Below are positions 18,055 through 28,806 of a stretch of DNA of 32,000 nucleotides, piece after piece. Every line of letters begins with the position of its first letter. Within the stretch, counting starts at the first letter, position 1. The stretch comes from Alkalilimnicola ehrlichii MLHE-1 (GTDB lineage Bacteria > Pseudomonadota > Gammaproteobacteria > Nitrococcales > Halorhodospiraceae): assembly GCF_000014785.1 (NCBI RefSeq), contig NC_008340.1:1290001-1322000 (forward strand), written 5' to 3'. A program made the position numbers and the translations under genes. The notes under the pieces were generated by a model that saw only the letters and a program-made list of their open reading frames with translations, was not told the DNA's origin and ran no database searches.

Positions 18055-20609
18055 CCCTTCGCAACGCCAACACCAATCTGCCCGGCATCGTCGGTCTGGG
18101 CGCGTCAGCCGGTGGGCTCACCGCGCTTGAGGCCTTTTTCGCCCATGCACGGCCTGGGCGCGGTCTGGCCTATATCGTCGTCCAGCACCTTGATCCAACC
18201 CACAAGGCCCTGCTGCCCCAGCTCTTGCAACGGGTGACCGCCATGCCCGTGCGGGAGGCGGAGCACGGCCTACCCGTGGCGGCCGACCACGTTTATGTGA
18301 TACCCCCGAACACCGAACTGACCCTGGCGGGCGGCGCACTGCATCTGGCCAAGCCCATGGAGCCCCGGGGTATGCGGTTGCCCGTCAACGTGCTGTTCGC
18401 CTCCCTGGCGAGCGCACTGGGGGGGCGCGCCATCGGGGTGGTCCTCTCCGGCATGGGCTCGGACGGCACCCTGGGCATGCAGGAGATCAAGGCGGTGGGT
18501 GGACTGACGCTGGCCCAGGACCCTGACAGCGCCCAGTTCGACGCCATGCCGCGAAGCGCGATCAACGCCGGATGCGTCGACATCATCGCACCGGCGGATA
18601 CCCTGGCGACGCGCATTCAGGCCTATGTCGACCAGGTGACCGCCCCGGTGCTACCCGGTGATGAGGACGAGAGCCCCGCGGCCCCGCCGCAACCGCTGGC
18701 GCGCATCGTCGGGCTGCTGCTGCGCCACACGCGACATGACTTCTCGCTGTACAAGACCAGCACCCTGCACCGGCGGATCGAGCGACGCCAGGCCGTCCAC
18801 GGCATCAACTCGCTGGCCGGGTACGCGGACTTTCTTGAGAACAACCGGCAGGAGATCGACCTGCTGTTCAAGGAACTGCTGATCGGGGTCACCCGCTTCT
18901 TCCGTGACCCGGAGGTCTGGGACTATCTGGTAGAGACGGCGCTTCCGGCCCTGCTCGAACGATGCGGCACTGCGCGGCCGCTGCGGGCCTGGGTGGTGGG
19001 GTGCTCCACCGGCGAAGAGCCCTACTCGCTGGCGATCGCCCTGCGGGAGGCGGCAGAGCGCTTGCCCCATCCCGCCGACTTCGCGCCGCAGATCTTCGCC
19101 TCGGACCTCAGCCCCGATGCCATTGCCACTGCACGCCGGGGCGAGTACCCGTTGTCCATCGCCGATGCCGTCACGGCGGACCGCCTGGAACGGTTCTTCC
19201 GCCAACACGAGGCCCACTATCAGGTGAACGCTGACATTCGCGATCAGGTGCTGTTCGCGCAGCACGACGTGGTGCTGGACCCGCCCTTCACCCGGCTCGA
19301 CCTGGTCGTCTGCCGGAATCTGCTCATCTACTTCGATGCGGCCTTGCAACGCAAGTTGATTCCGTTGTTCCACTATTGTCTGCGGCCCGATGGCCTCCTG
19401 GTGCTGGGCAGCGCCGAAACCGTGGGGCGGCAAACCCATCTCTTCGAGCCCGTGCAATCGGCCTTGCGGATTTATTCACGACGGGACACGCGTTCCGTTG
19501 AGAGAATCGATTTTCTGCTAAACGCCTTCCCGCCATTGACCCGGACAACGCAGGAGCATTCCGTGTCCACGCCGAACCTACCCGCCGACAAGGGCGACGA
19601 TCTGAAGGCCGCCGCCGACCATGTGCTGCTCCAGGTCTATGCACCGGCCGCAGTCCTGTTAAACCCTGAGGGCGACATCGTTTACATCAGTGGCCGCACC
19701 GGGAGGTATCTCGAGCCCGCGGCGGGCAAGGCCAACTGGAATATCCATGCCATGGCGCGCCCCGGCCTTCGGGCACCGCTCGCCCGGGCGTTGAAACAGG
19801 CCAACGAGCAATTGGAACCGGTGCACCTTCACGGCCTCGCCCTGACCGAGACGGAAAAGGGCCTGACCCTGGACATTACGGTGCAGTCCTTTCGGGAGCC
19901 AACCGCCCTGCAGGGCATGACCATGGTGGTCTTCCGGGAGGTGACCCCTCAGCGGACTGCGCAGGGGCAAGAGGGCAGCCAGAGCGCAGCCGACGCCGCC
20001 CATGAGGCCGAACTGCAACAGTATCGCGACGAAATCATCGCCCTGCGTGAGGAGGCCCGGGTATCGCGGGACGCGCTTCAGTCCTCCAACGAGGAATTGC
20101 AATCGACCAACGAAGAGCTGCAGTCGACCAACGAGGAGCTCACCACGTCGAAGGAAGAAATGCAGTCCATGAACGAGGAGCTGCAAACGATCAACAGCGA
20201 ACTGCAGGCGAAACTGGACGACCTCGCCTTGGCCCAGAGCGATATGCAGAACGTCCTCAACAGTATCGAGATCGCCATTCTGTTCCTGGACCAGGACCTG
20301 AACGTGCGGCGCTACACCGAGCGGGCGTCCACCATTTTCAGTTTGCGTGAAAGCGATATCGGCCGTCCCCTGAGTGACCTGACCACCACCCTCGACTACC
20401 CGACACTACACGAAGACGCGGCGGAAACCCTGCGTACACTGGAGGCTTCGGAGAAGCAGATCCTGGCCTCCGACGGGCGCTGGTTCTCAGTCCGCGTCAT
20501 TCCGTATCGCAGGCTGGATAACGTGATCGACGGTGTCGTCATCACCCTGTTCGACATTACCGAAACGAAAACGCTGGAGAAGGCCCTGCGCCGGGAATCG
20601 CGGTCCTAG
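18051..20609 (+). CDS. CheB methylesterase - CheR methyltransferase - PAS fusion protein
   Basis: CheB-type catalytic domain (VGLGASAGGL..GMGSDGT), CheR SAM-methyltransferase domain (RAWVVGCSTGEEPYSLA, CRNLLIYF), a PAS domain, a heptad coiled-coil and a C-terminal PAS domain. No kinase domain is present. Confidence 0.9.
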   Translation: MTLRNANTNLPGIVGLGASAGGLTALEAFFAHARPGRGLAYIVVQHLDPTHKALLPQLLQRVTAMPVREAEHGLPVAADHVYVIPPNTELTLAGGALHLAKPMEPRGMRLPVNVLFASLASALGGRAIGVVLSGMGSDGTLGMQEIKAVGGLTLAQDPDSAQFDAMPRSAINAGCVDIIAPADTLATRIQAYVDQVTAPVLPGDEDESPAAPPQPLARIVGLLLRHTRHDFSLYKTSTLHRRIERRQAVHGINSLAGYADFLENNRQEIDLLFKELLIGVTRFFRDPEVWDYLVETALPALLERCGTARPLRAWVVGCSTGEEPYSLAIALREAAERLPHPADFAPQIFASDLSPDAIATARRGEYPLSIADAVTADRLERFFRQHEAHYQVNADIRDQVLFAQHDVVLDPPFTRLDLVVCRNLLIYFDAALQRKLIPLFHYCLRPDGLLVLGSAETVGRQTHLFEPVQSALRIYSRRDTRSVERIDFLLNAFPPLTRTTQEHSVSTPNLPADKGDDLKAAADHVLLQVYAPAAVLLNPEGDIVYISGRTGRYLEPAAGKANWNIHAMARPGLRAPLARALKQANEQLEPVHLHGLALTETEKGLTLDITVQSFREPTALQGMTMVVFREVTPQRTAQGQEGSQSAADAAHEAELQQYRDEIIALREEARVSRDALQSSNEELQSTNEELQSTNEELTTSKEEMQSMNEELQTINSELQAKLDDLALAQSDMQNVLNSIEIAILFLDQDLNVRRYTERASTIFSLRESDIGRPLSDLTTTLDYPTLHEDAAETLRTLEASEKQILASDGRWFSVRVIPYRRLDNVIDGVVITLFDITETKTLEKALRRESRS
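20085..20210 (+). repeat. six in-frame 21-nt (heptad) repeats inside the cheB/cheR fusion gene
   Basis: SNEELQS/TNEELQS/TNEELTT/SKEEMQS/MNEELQT/INSELQA. This is the conserved coiled-coil linker of this protein family, not an independent element. Confidence 0.75.
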
Positions 20610-21020
20610 TACCGGCGCTCTGTGCCCATTCGGCGCCGCCCTTTGCCTGCGGCGGCATCCCTCGTGGCCCCCTTCTGTTCGGGTTCAGACTCTAACCCCA
20701 CATTAGGCTGCAACAAGCCTGACAGGGGTGCCGCGCCACAATCCTCGGTAAGGTTTGTCGATAGCTGGCTCGAGATCGTCCGAGGGTACGCTGGCGCACC
20801 GACTTCGGTGGGGATTTCAGGGATTCTGTACGGACCTCAGTGTTGCCCCCCGGGCTCGGTACCCGTTTCGCAGAGGATGAGGCAATGGATGCGCCGTGGG
20901 CGACTACCAAAATGATCTTATTTTATGTTCGCCATCGAACGGAAGGTGAAACGGAATGGTCGTAGAGTAGTGATAAGCCGTTGTTGAAAAGCAACATAGT
21001 TGTAGCAAGGAGTAATAATT

Positions 21021-21098
21021 ATGATGAATAGCATTATCTGGGTGGTTGGCCTTGTCGTCATCGTCCTTTTCGTTCTCGGCTTTCTCGGCCTGAGATAA
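21021..21098 (+). CDS. unannotated 25-codon hydrophobic peptide (single transmembrane segment)
   Basis: AGGAG is followed by a 7-nt spacer and ATG. The product is MMNSIIWVVGLVVIVLFVLGFLGLR*. The ORF is below the length cut-off of the ORF track. It sits in an A/T-rich patch upstream of the BON lipoprotein gene. Confidence 0.45.
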   Translation: MMNSIIWVVGLVVIVLFVLGFLGLR

Positions 21099-21256
21099 GG
21101 AAAGAAATAACATAATAGGCCTACTGGAATAGCCAGTCGGCGCGAGGAGGGGCACCACGCAAAATAGAAACCGGGAACGGCTGAAACGGACGCCGCGCGC
21201 AGCAACCTGGTGGCCCTGCAGAATGACCCGAATCGCACGTCTTGGAGAACATCACC

Positions 21257-21571
21257 ATGAACACCTATGTCCGTTTATTTTCAGTTTTTCTGCTGGCATT
21301 CGCTCTTATCGGGCTGGCTGCCTGCTCCCCCACCGAGACCCGTCAGGCTCCGGGTGAGTACGTGGATGACAGCGTCATCACCACCAAGGTGAAGGCCGCG
21401 ATCTTCAACGACCCCGATCTCAAGGTCATGGAGATCAGCGTGGAAACCTTCCGTGGCGAGGTGCAATTGAGCGGTTTTGTCAGTTCACGGGCCGCCGCTG
21501 ATCGCGCTGTTGCTGTGGCAAGGGCAGTGGACGGCGTAAAGTCGGTGAAGGACGATATGCAGATAAAGTAG
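21257..21571 (+). CDS. BON domain lipoprotein (OsmY-like)
   Basis: A GGAGA ribosome-binding site precedes the ATG at 21257. There is a lipobox LAAC|S and a BON signature, VETFRGEVQLSGFVSS...A..A..VDGVKSV. Confidence 0.8.
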   Translation: MNTYVRLFSVFLLAFALIGLAACSPTETRQAPGEYVDDSVITTKVKAAIFNDPDLKVMEISVETFRGEVQLSGFVSSRAAADRAVAVARAVDGVKSVKDDMQIK

Positions 21572-21630
21572 GCCGGGCTCAACCGGTCGTGTCGGGGATG
21601 AGCCGGCGGCGGCCTCGATGACCTCCCCGA

Positions 21631-21838
21631 CGAACAGCGGGATCACTACAAAATTGCCGGTGAGCAACGCCCCCAGGAAACGCCAGTCCGCAAAGCCGTG
21701 GCGCAGCCGGGTGAGGGGGATCTGGGTAAACGTGCTGTAAAGCAGGGCACCCAGCAGAGGCCAGAGCAGGGGCTCCAGCAGCAGCCCCACCCCGGGCCGG
21801 ATCAGGCCGAGGCCCAACCCGGCCAGGATAGCCGCCAG
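21631..21838 (-). pseudogene. 3'-truncated fragment of a BASS/'arsenic resistance protein'-like permease
   Basis: The translation LEPLLWPLLGALLYSTFTQIPLTRLRHGFADWRFLGALLTGNFVVIPLFV matches the N-terminal part (about 60 residues) of roughly 300-aa permeases as I recall them. After that the frame degenerates and runs into the BON gene on the opposite strand. Confidence 0.45.
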
Positions 21839-22089
21839 CTAGATCCAGGATTGAAGCCGTTCAAGGGAGGTTTGCATGGGTGATTACCACAGACCCGCGC
21901 TCCAAGGAGAGCACTCGCGTCAACCAATGTACAATAGAGGGAGTGCTACTGTTTGCGCCTACCGGGGCGGAGTGACTACCCTCGGGGCTCTCAGCGAGTA
22001 CGCAGACGGCCCAATCGCCTTCCACGGCCGATCAGGCCCCAATAATAACTACAGCGTCGTCATCCAACGATCACCAATAAGAGGATCCC

Positions 22090-24324
<2,235 letters not shown>

Positions 24325-24349
24325 GGCCGCAACCGCTGACTTGTAGGGC

Positions 24350-24378
24350 GGTGGGCCCCGTGCAATGCGGGGCCCACC
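24350..24378. terminator. perfect 11-bp stem hairpin between icd and the convergent hsdM remnant
   Basis: GGTGGGCCCCG-tgcaatg-CGGGGCCCACC. The T-tract is weak (ATTCTC), so it may act as a bidirectional stop or as a stability element. Confidence 0.55.
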
Positions 24379-24394
24379 ATTCTCACCGCAGTAA

Positions 24395-24632
24395 TCACCT
24401 TTCGGACTGCAACTCCGACAACACCCCCCGGAAACTCTCCAGCCCGGCCTCCAGGTTCTCGATGATCTCTTCGGCAATGTCGTCCGTCCGGCTCGGGCAA
24501 GTTGTCCTCGCTCCAGGTGGCCTGGCGCTGGTGGCGCGCCCCCGGCTTGTAGCGCTCGATGAACTCGCGCAGGTGCTCGTCGCGCAGCATGTGACAGAAG
24601 TTCCAGATCCTAGAGACGAGGTTCCCCGGCGT

Positions 24633-24636
<4 letters not shown>
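24395..24636 (-). pseudogene. hsdM: type I R-M methyltransferase hsdM remnant (internal deletions plus frameshift)
   Basis: [21 protein letters not shown] (HsdM N-terminus) is joined directly to [24 protein letters not shown]|LPEPD, and after a frameshift to [25 protein letters not shown] (HsdM C-terminal tail). About 80 codons remain where roughly 500 would be expected. The ATG overlaps the stop of the upstream gene (ATGA). Confidence 0.7.
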
Positions 24637-25634
<998 letters not shown>

Positions 25635-25670
25635 ACAGCCTCCTTGCTGTCGTGGTATGGGTCGATGGAT

Positions 25671-25766
25671 TCATGCCGTCGTCCCGGCCTTGCGCTTGAA
25701 GACGTCCATCACCACCGCGGATTTACGCTTCGCGGTCCAGCGCTTGATGGTCGCTTCGTTGCTCAT
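25671..25766 (-). CDS. 31-codon ORF with a strong Shine-Dalgarno site; possibly the 5' stub of an IS orfA/HTH gene
   Basis: AGGAGG is followed by a 5-nt spacer and ATG. The product is MSNEATIKRWTAKRKSAVVMDVFKRKAGTTA*. The KRWTAKRK..VV segment resembles the start of small transposase-helper HTH proteins. It lies directly downstream of repeat copy A. Confidence 0.3.
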   Translation of the reverse strand: MSNEATIKRWTAKRKSAVVMDVFKRKAGTTA

Positions 25767-25781
25767 GTCGTCCTCCTGATC

Positions 25782-25818
25782 GCCGCACTATAGCCTGTGC
25801 AGCTCTGGAGGGGGTCAC
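25782..25818. repeat. 37-nt direct repeat, copy A
   Basis: gccgcactatagcctgtgcagctctggagggggtcac. It matches copy B at 32 of 37 positions. On the minus strand it starts with TG, like an IS3-type terminal repeat. Confidence 0.75.
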
Positions 25819-25822
25819 TTCA

Positions 25823-28204
25823 TTACAGCGTCGTGACCAGCTCTCCGATTACTCTAAGTTCGGTCACGGCGTCCTCGGTTAGCTCAATATCCCGATAGCC
25901 AAAATGGCGACTCTCAGGCTTCAGCACAATCCGTGTGTGATACCACGACCCGTCATCTCCAACCGCTTTCTCGCTGTGATACCGTTTGATTGTGTAACGC
26001 TCCCCGGTATCATCATCCTGGATATCACGGTGTGCTACCAGAACAATCTTGCCTTCCCGAGTGCCGGCCGGATTCGCTCTAAAAACACACCATGAGCCGT
26101 TCGGGATGCGCTTATTCATGGACTCGCCAATAACGCGGGTAACAAAAAAATCTGGTTCGGGTCGGAGCCAATCAGGAAGTTGCATCCAGTCACAATCTTC
26201 TACTGATTGAGCATCGCTGAACTCGCCGGCAGCCACTGCTAGATCGAATACCGGAACAGCATTTTCAAAAGGCCTCACGTCCTCAGTGGCCAGAAGTGGG
26301 TAGGGAAGGGCTTCATAGTTAGCCGCCCGCATTACGGTATTGTTAGCGGGGGTTTCGATCTGTTTGCGGAACCAGGCGTTGGTCTCTGGGTCCGTGCAGA
26401 ATACAAAACAGCCCTTCATTCCGCGAGTCAGCAGCGTACGATAAGTGTTCTTGATGATTTCGTCGGCTAGGCGCTGAGCGTCTTCCGGGTCTTGTTTGTA
26501 GAGTTTTCGAATACCCCGAACCGATCGGTCCATTGAAGATCGTTTGCGCCCGTCAGTGATGATCTCACCGTCGCGGACTACTAAATCTGGACCTATGATG
26601 ACACCCACATAGTCAAGCTCCAATCCTTGAATGGTGTGAATACAGCCGATCTGTTCGACGGAGTGCTCGGCCAGGGCCCACAGGCTGCCGTCCTTAGTTA
26701 GGTTCCACTGGGCAGAGAAGTCATGTTCAGGAATTTCTATGTCCATGGCCGTTGGGTCCTTTTTGCTCTTCCAGTCCCAACAGTAACCTGCCACCATGCG
26801 AGCACGGTTATTGGCATTGTGCGCCAGCACCTCCCGCCGTAAATCCTGTGGTGATTCCATTACGCGGACGTCAAAATCAATAGATTCAACGTCTGCATTA
26901 GCGGTGTCTCGAATGGCCAAAAGGTGATCGACAAAAGCGAGATAGCCATCCGAGCCACCACAGCGGAACTGTGACGCCAGCCTGAGCTCTGTCACTTCGG
27001 CCCCGAGAGTCTGGGCCCAGTGGCGGATTTCGTTTCGGGTGCCAATATCCTTGAGGGTTACTCGCTGTGCCTCGTCCACAAAAAAGACGGACAGCCGGGC
27101 GGCATGCATAATCTCCTTTATCTGGTTCTCGCCTTGGTTTCCGTACAGGCCGCTCTTCTCGTTCAAACGGTGTGCCTCATCTACTAGCAATACGTCGAAG
27201 CAATCGGGCTCACTCTCCATAAAAGAGCCTGAACCTCGGAACAAGTTGCTGATGCGGCTCTTTTTGAAAGAACCAGTTAGCTTGGCCTCATATACCGCCC
27301 TAGGTGCCGCGTTTCTCGACACGTACTGGGAGACAAGGTCTCGGTCTGTCAGTTTGGCGAGGAGGTTGATAGCCAATACCGATTTTCCAGTGCCGGGTCC
27401 ACCTTCGATAATTAGCACCTGTTTTTCCCCATGCTGGGCTCTGTGGGCTAACTCCAGCGCCTTCTCGAACGCGACCTTCTGGTCATCGATCATGACGAAG
27501 GCGTCGTTGCCCTTCAGCATCGACAGGACCGCGTCCGCTAGACTGCGAGATGGCCGGATACGTCCATTCTCTATGCGGTACATGATGTCGTGCCGATCAC
27601 CATAGCGGACATGGCGCTTCAGAAAATCGGCAAGGCGCTCTGCATCACGGGAAATAAAGACCGGTGCGCGGGCAATATGCGACGCATACACCGGGTCATT
27701 CACCGCTCTGTCGTCATCAAGGTTGTGCAGATATGCGCAGGGCGCGAGGTGGATCGAGTCGGCACGAACAGTTTCGTTGTAGTCCTCAATCAGCGCCGCA
27801 TATGTCCAGGCTTGGTAGGAGGGGTGGCTGGTCTCCCGCCAAGCGCCGCCGAGTGGGGTGCAGATAATGCCGTCTTTACCCAGCGCCTCAGCCTGCTGCC
27901 ACTGTTTTAGCTCCACGATGACAGCAGTCTCTTCACGTCTGTCGCTCTGGCCGGTCAGGATGAAATCGATACGCTTGCTGGTCAGGGGGATGTGGTACTC
28001 GAGTGACACGCCGGCATCATCCGGGATTTCCGGGTCGACTAATAGGTTGGCCATGAATTGCAGCGAATTGCGCCAGGAGTCCACCTCCTTGGCAGCGACT
28101 GATCGTGAAAGACGCCGACGAAACTCCAGCAATATCTTTTCGTGGATCCGGTTGAGGCGTATATCCTCGACGAAGGCAGCCTTGTTCGCAGCATATACAA
28201 TCAT
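25823..28204 (-). CDS. three-domain protein: PD-(D/E)xK nuclease-like N-terminus, DUF2075/Schlafen-like P-loop NTPase, and LexA/UmuD-type S24 peptidase C-terminus
   Basis: 793 aa.
- Nuclease-like motif RID80F..VIVE98LK100QW.
- Walker A GGPGTGK274S at nt 27380-27403, and Walker B LLVDEAHRL.
- Helicase-like C-terminal motifs IHTIQGLELDYVGVI and TLLTRGMKGCFVF.
- S24 module from about aa 645, with VAA|GEF, GES695M and TIK740RY. Confidence 0.85.
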   Translation of the reverse strand: MIVYAANKAAFVEDIRLNRIHEKILLEFRRRLSRSVAAKEVDSWRNSLQFMANLLVDPEIPDDAGVSLEYHIPLTSKRIDFILTGQSDRREETAVIVELKQWQQAEALGKDGIICTPLGGAWRETSHPSYQAWTYAALIEDYNETVRADSIHLAPCAYLHNLDDDRAVNDPVYASHIARAPVFISRDAERLADFLKRHVRYGDRHDIMYRIENGRIRPSRSLADAVLSMLKGNDAFVMIDDQKVAFEKALELAHRAQHGEKQVLIIEGGPGTGKSVLAINLLAKLTDRDLVSQYVSRNAAPRAVYEAKLTGSFKKSRISNLFRGSGSFMESEPDCFDVLLVDEAHRLNEKSGLYGNQGENQIKEIMHAARLSVFFVDEAQRVTLKDIGTRNEIRHWAQTLGAEVTELRLASQFRCGGSDGYLAFVDHLLAIRDTANADVESIDFDVRVMESPQDLRREVLAHNANNRARMVAGYCWDWKSKKDPTAMDIEIPEHDFSAQWNLTKDGSLWALAEHSVEQIGCIHTIQGLELDYVGVIIGPDLVVRDGEIITDGRKRSSMDRSVRGIRKLYKQDPEDAQRLADEIIKNTYRTLLTRGMKGCFVFCTDPETNAWFRKQIETPANNTVMRAANYEALPYPLLATEDVRPFENAVPVFDLAVAAGEFSDAQSVEDCDWMQLPDWLRPEPDFFVTRVIGESMNKRIPNGSWCVFRANPAGTREGKIVLVAHRDIQDDDTGERYTIKRYHSEKAVGDDGSWYHTRIVLKPESRHFGYRDIELTEDAVTELRVIGELVTTL

Positions 28205-28572
28205 GAGGCAGAATCATCCTCGCGTTGATACCCAGTGTATTTGAGTGATGATCCCCACACCTTTTCGGCGGGATAGCGCTTTTCGTTGAGCGCCATCTTC
28301 TCCTCTACGGCTCTAGGAATATCTATACCCAGCTTATCTGCCAGCCTGAGCAGGTAAATCTGCACATCCGCGATTTCGTGCGCCGCTGCCTGATGCTGAT
28401 CCGGCGTGAGCTCGTGAGACTGCGCTTCTGTCATCCACTGAAATAGGTCTTGGAGCTCCCCCACCTCTCCTGACAGCGCCATCGTCAGGTTCTTGGGGGA
28501 GTGGAATTGGTCCCAGTTACGAGCCTCAGCAAAGGCGCGCGCTTTTTCGCGTAGCGTTTGGAAATCCGACAT
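28201..28572 (-). CDS. MazG-like all-alpha NTP pyrophosphohydrolase (DCTPP1-like)
   Basis: 123 aa. It has F.EARNWDQFHSPKNL..ALSGEVGELQDLFQW and HEIADVQIYLLRLADKLGIDI, which are EExxE/ExxD metal-binding motifs. The stop overlaps the start of the 793-aa gene (ATGA at 28201-28204). Confidence 0.85.
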   Translation of the reverse strand: MSDFQTLREKARAFAEARNWDQFHSPKNLTMALSGEVGELQDLFQWMTEAQSHELTPDQHQAAAHEIADVQIYLLRLADKLGIDIPRAVEEKMALNEKRYPAEKVWGSSLKYTGYQREDDSAS

Positions 28573-28596
28573 GGCAGCTTCCCATGGTTGATTTGG

Positions 28597-28806
28597 TTAA
28601 GGCAGTGGCTCACCCGTCAGGGTGAAGTAGAGCCGCTGGATGGTGCCGATGGGGACTTGACCGTCGGTGGGGTACTCGCGCACCGCCACGCCCCGGGTGG
28701 CCTGCGGGTTCAGTGCGGCCAGGCTTTGCACCGTCCAGCCGGAGGCGCGGAGCTGTTCATCGATGCGGTCGCGGGCGCGTTGTTCCGGGTTCTGGTTATT
28801 GGGCAT
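28597..28806 (-). pseudogene. hsdR: N-terminal stub of a type I restriction subunit hsdR
   Basis: PEQRARDRIDEQLRASGWTVQSLAALNPQATRGVAVREYPTDGQ matches the HsdR N-terminal domain pattern (..IDxQLxxAGWxVQ....GVAVREFP). Homology is lost after about 50 codons and a stop follows at codon 70. Confidence 0.6.

Noticed and set aside
20622-20915. 97-aa ORF and several short hairpins in the roughly 300-nt gap after the cheB/cheR fusion; I considered tmRNA, a riboswitch or another ncRNA
   Set aside because: The ORF has no ribosome-binding site and the protein is implausible. A GGGGATTTCAGGGATTC segment resembles a tmRNA 5' end only superficially, and no matching 3' end or tag frame is present. I could find no riboswitch core motifs. 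A covariance-model scan (Rfam/Infernal) would be needed to call anything here.
20937-21190. Recurring (G)AAACGGA / GAACGG motifs upstream of the small ORF and of the BON gene; I considered an ECF-sigma -35 element or regulator sites
   Set aside because: There are only four short copies with inconsistent spacing and no matching -10 element at the right distance. That is too weak to call.
20904-21238. Two overlapping minus-strand ORFs (84 and 106 aa) in the A/T-rich patch
   Set aside because: Their translations are low-complexity or implausible, and neither has a ribosome-binding site. The plus-strand 25-codon ORF with a strong Shine-Dalgarno site explains the region better.
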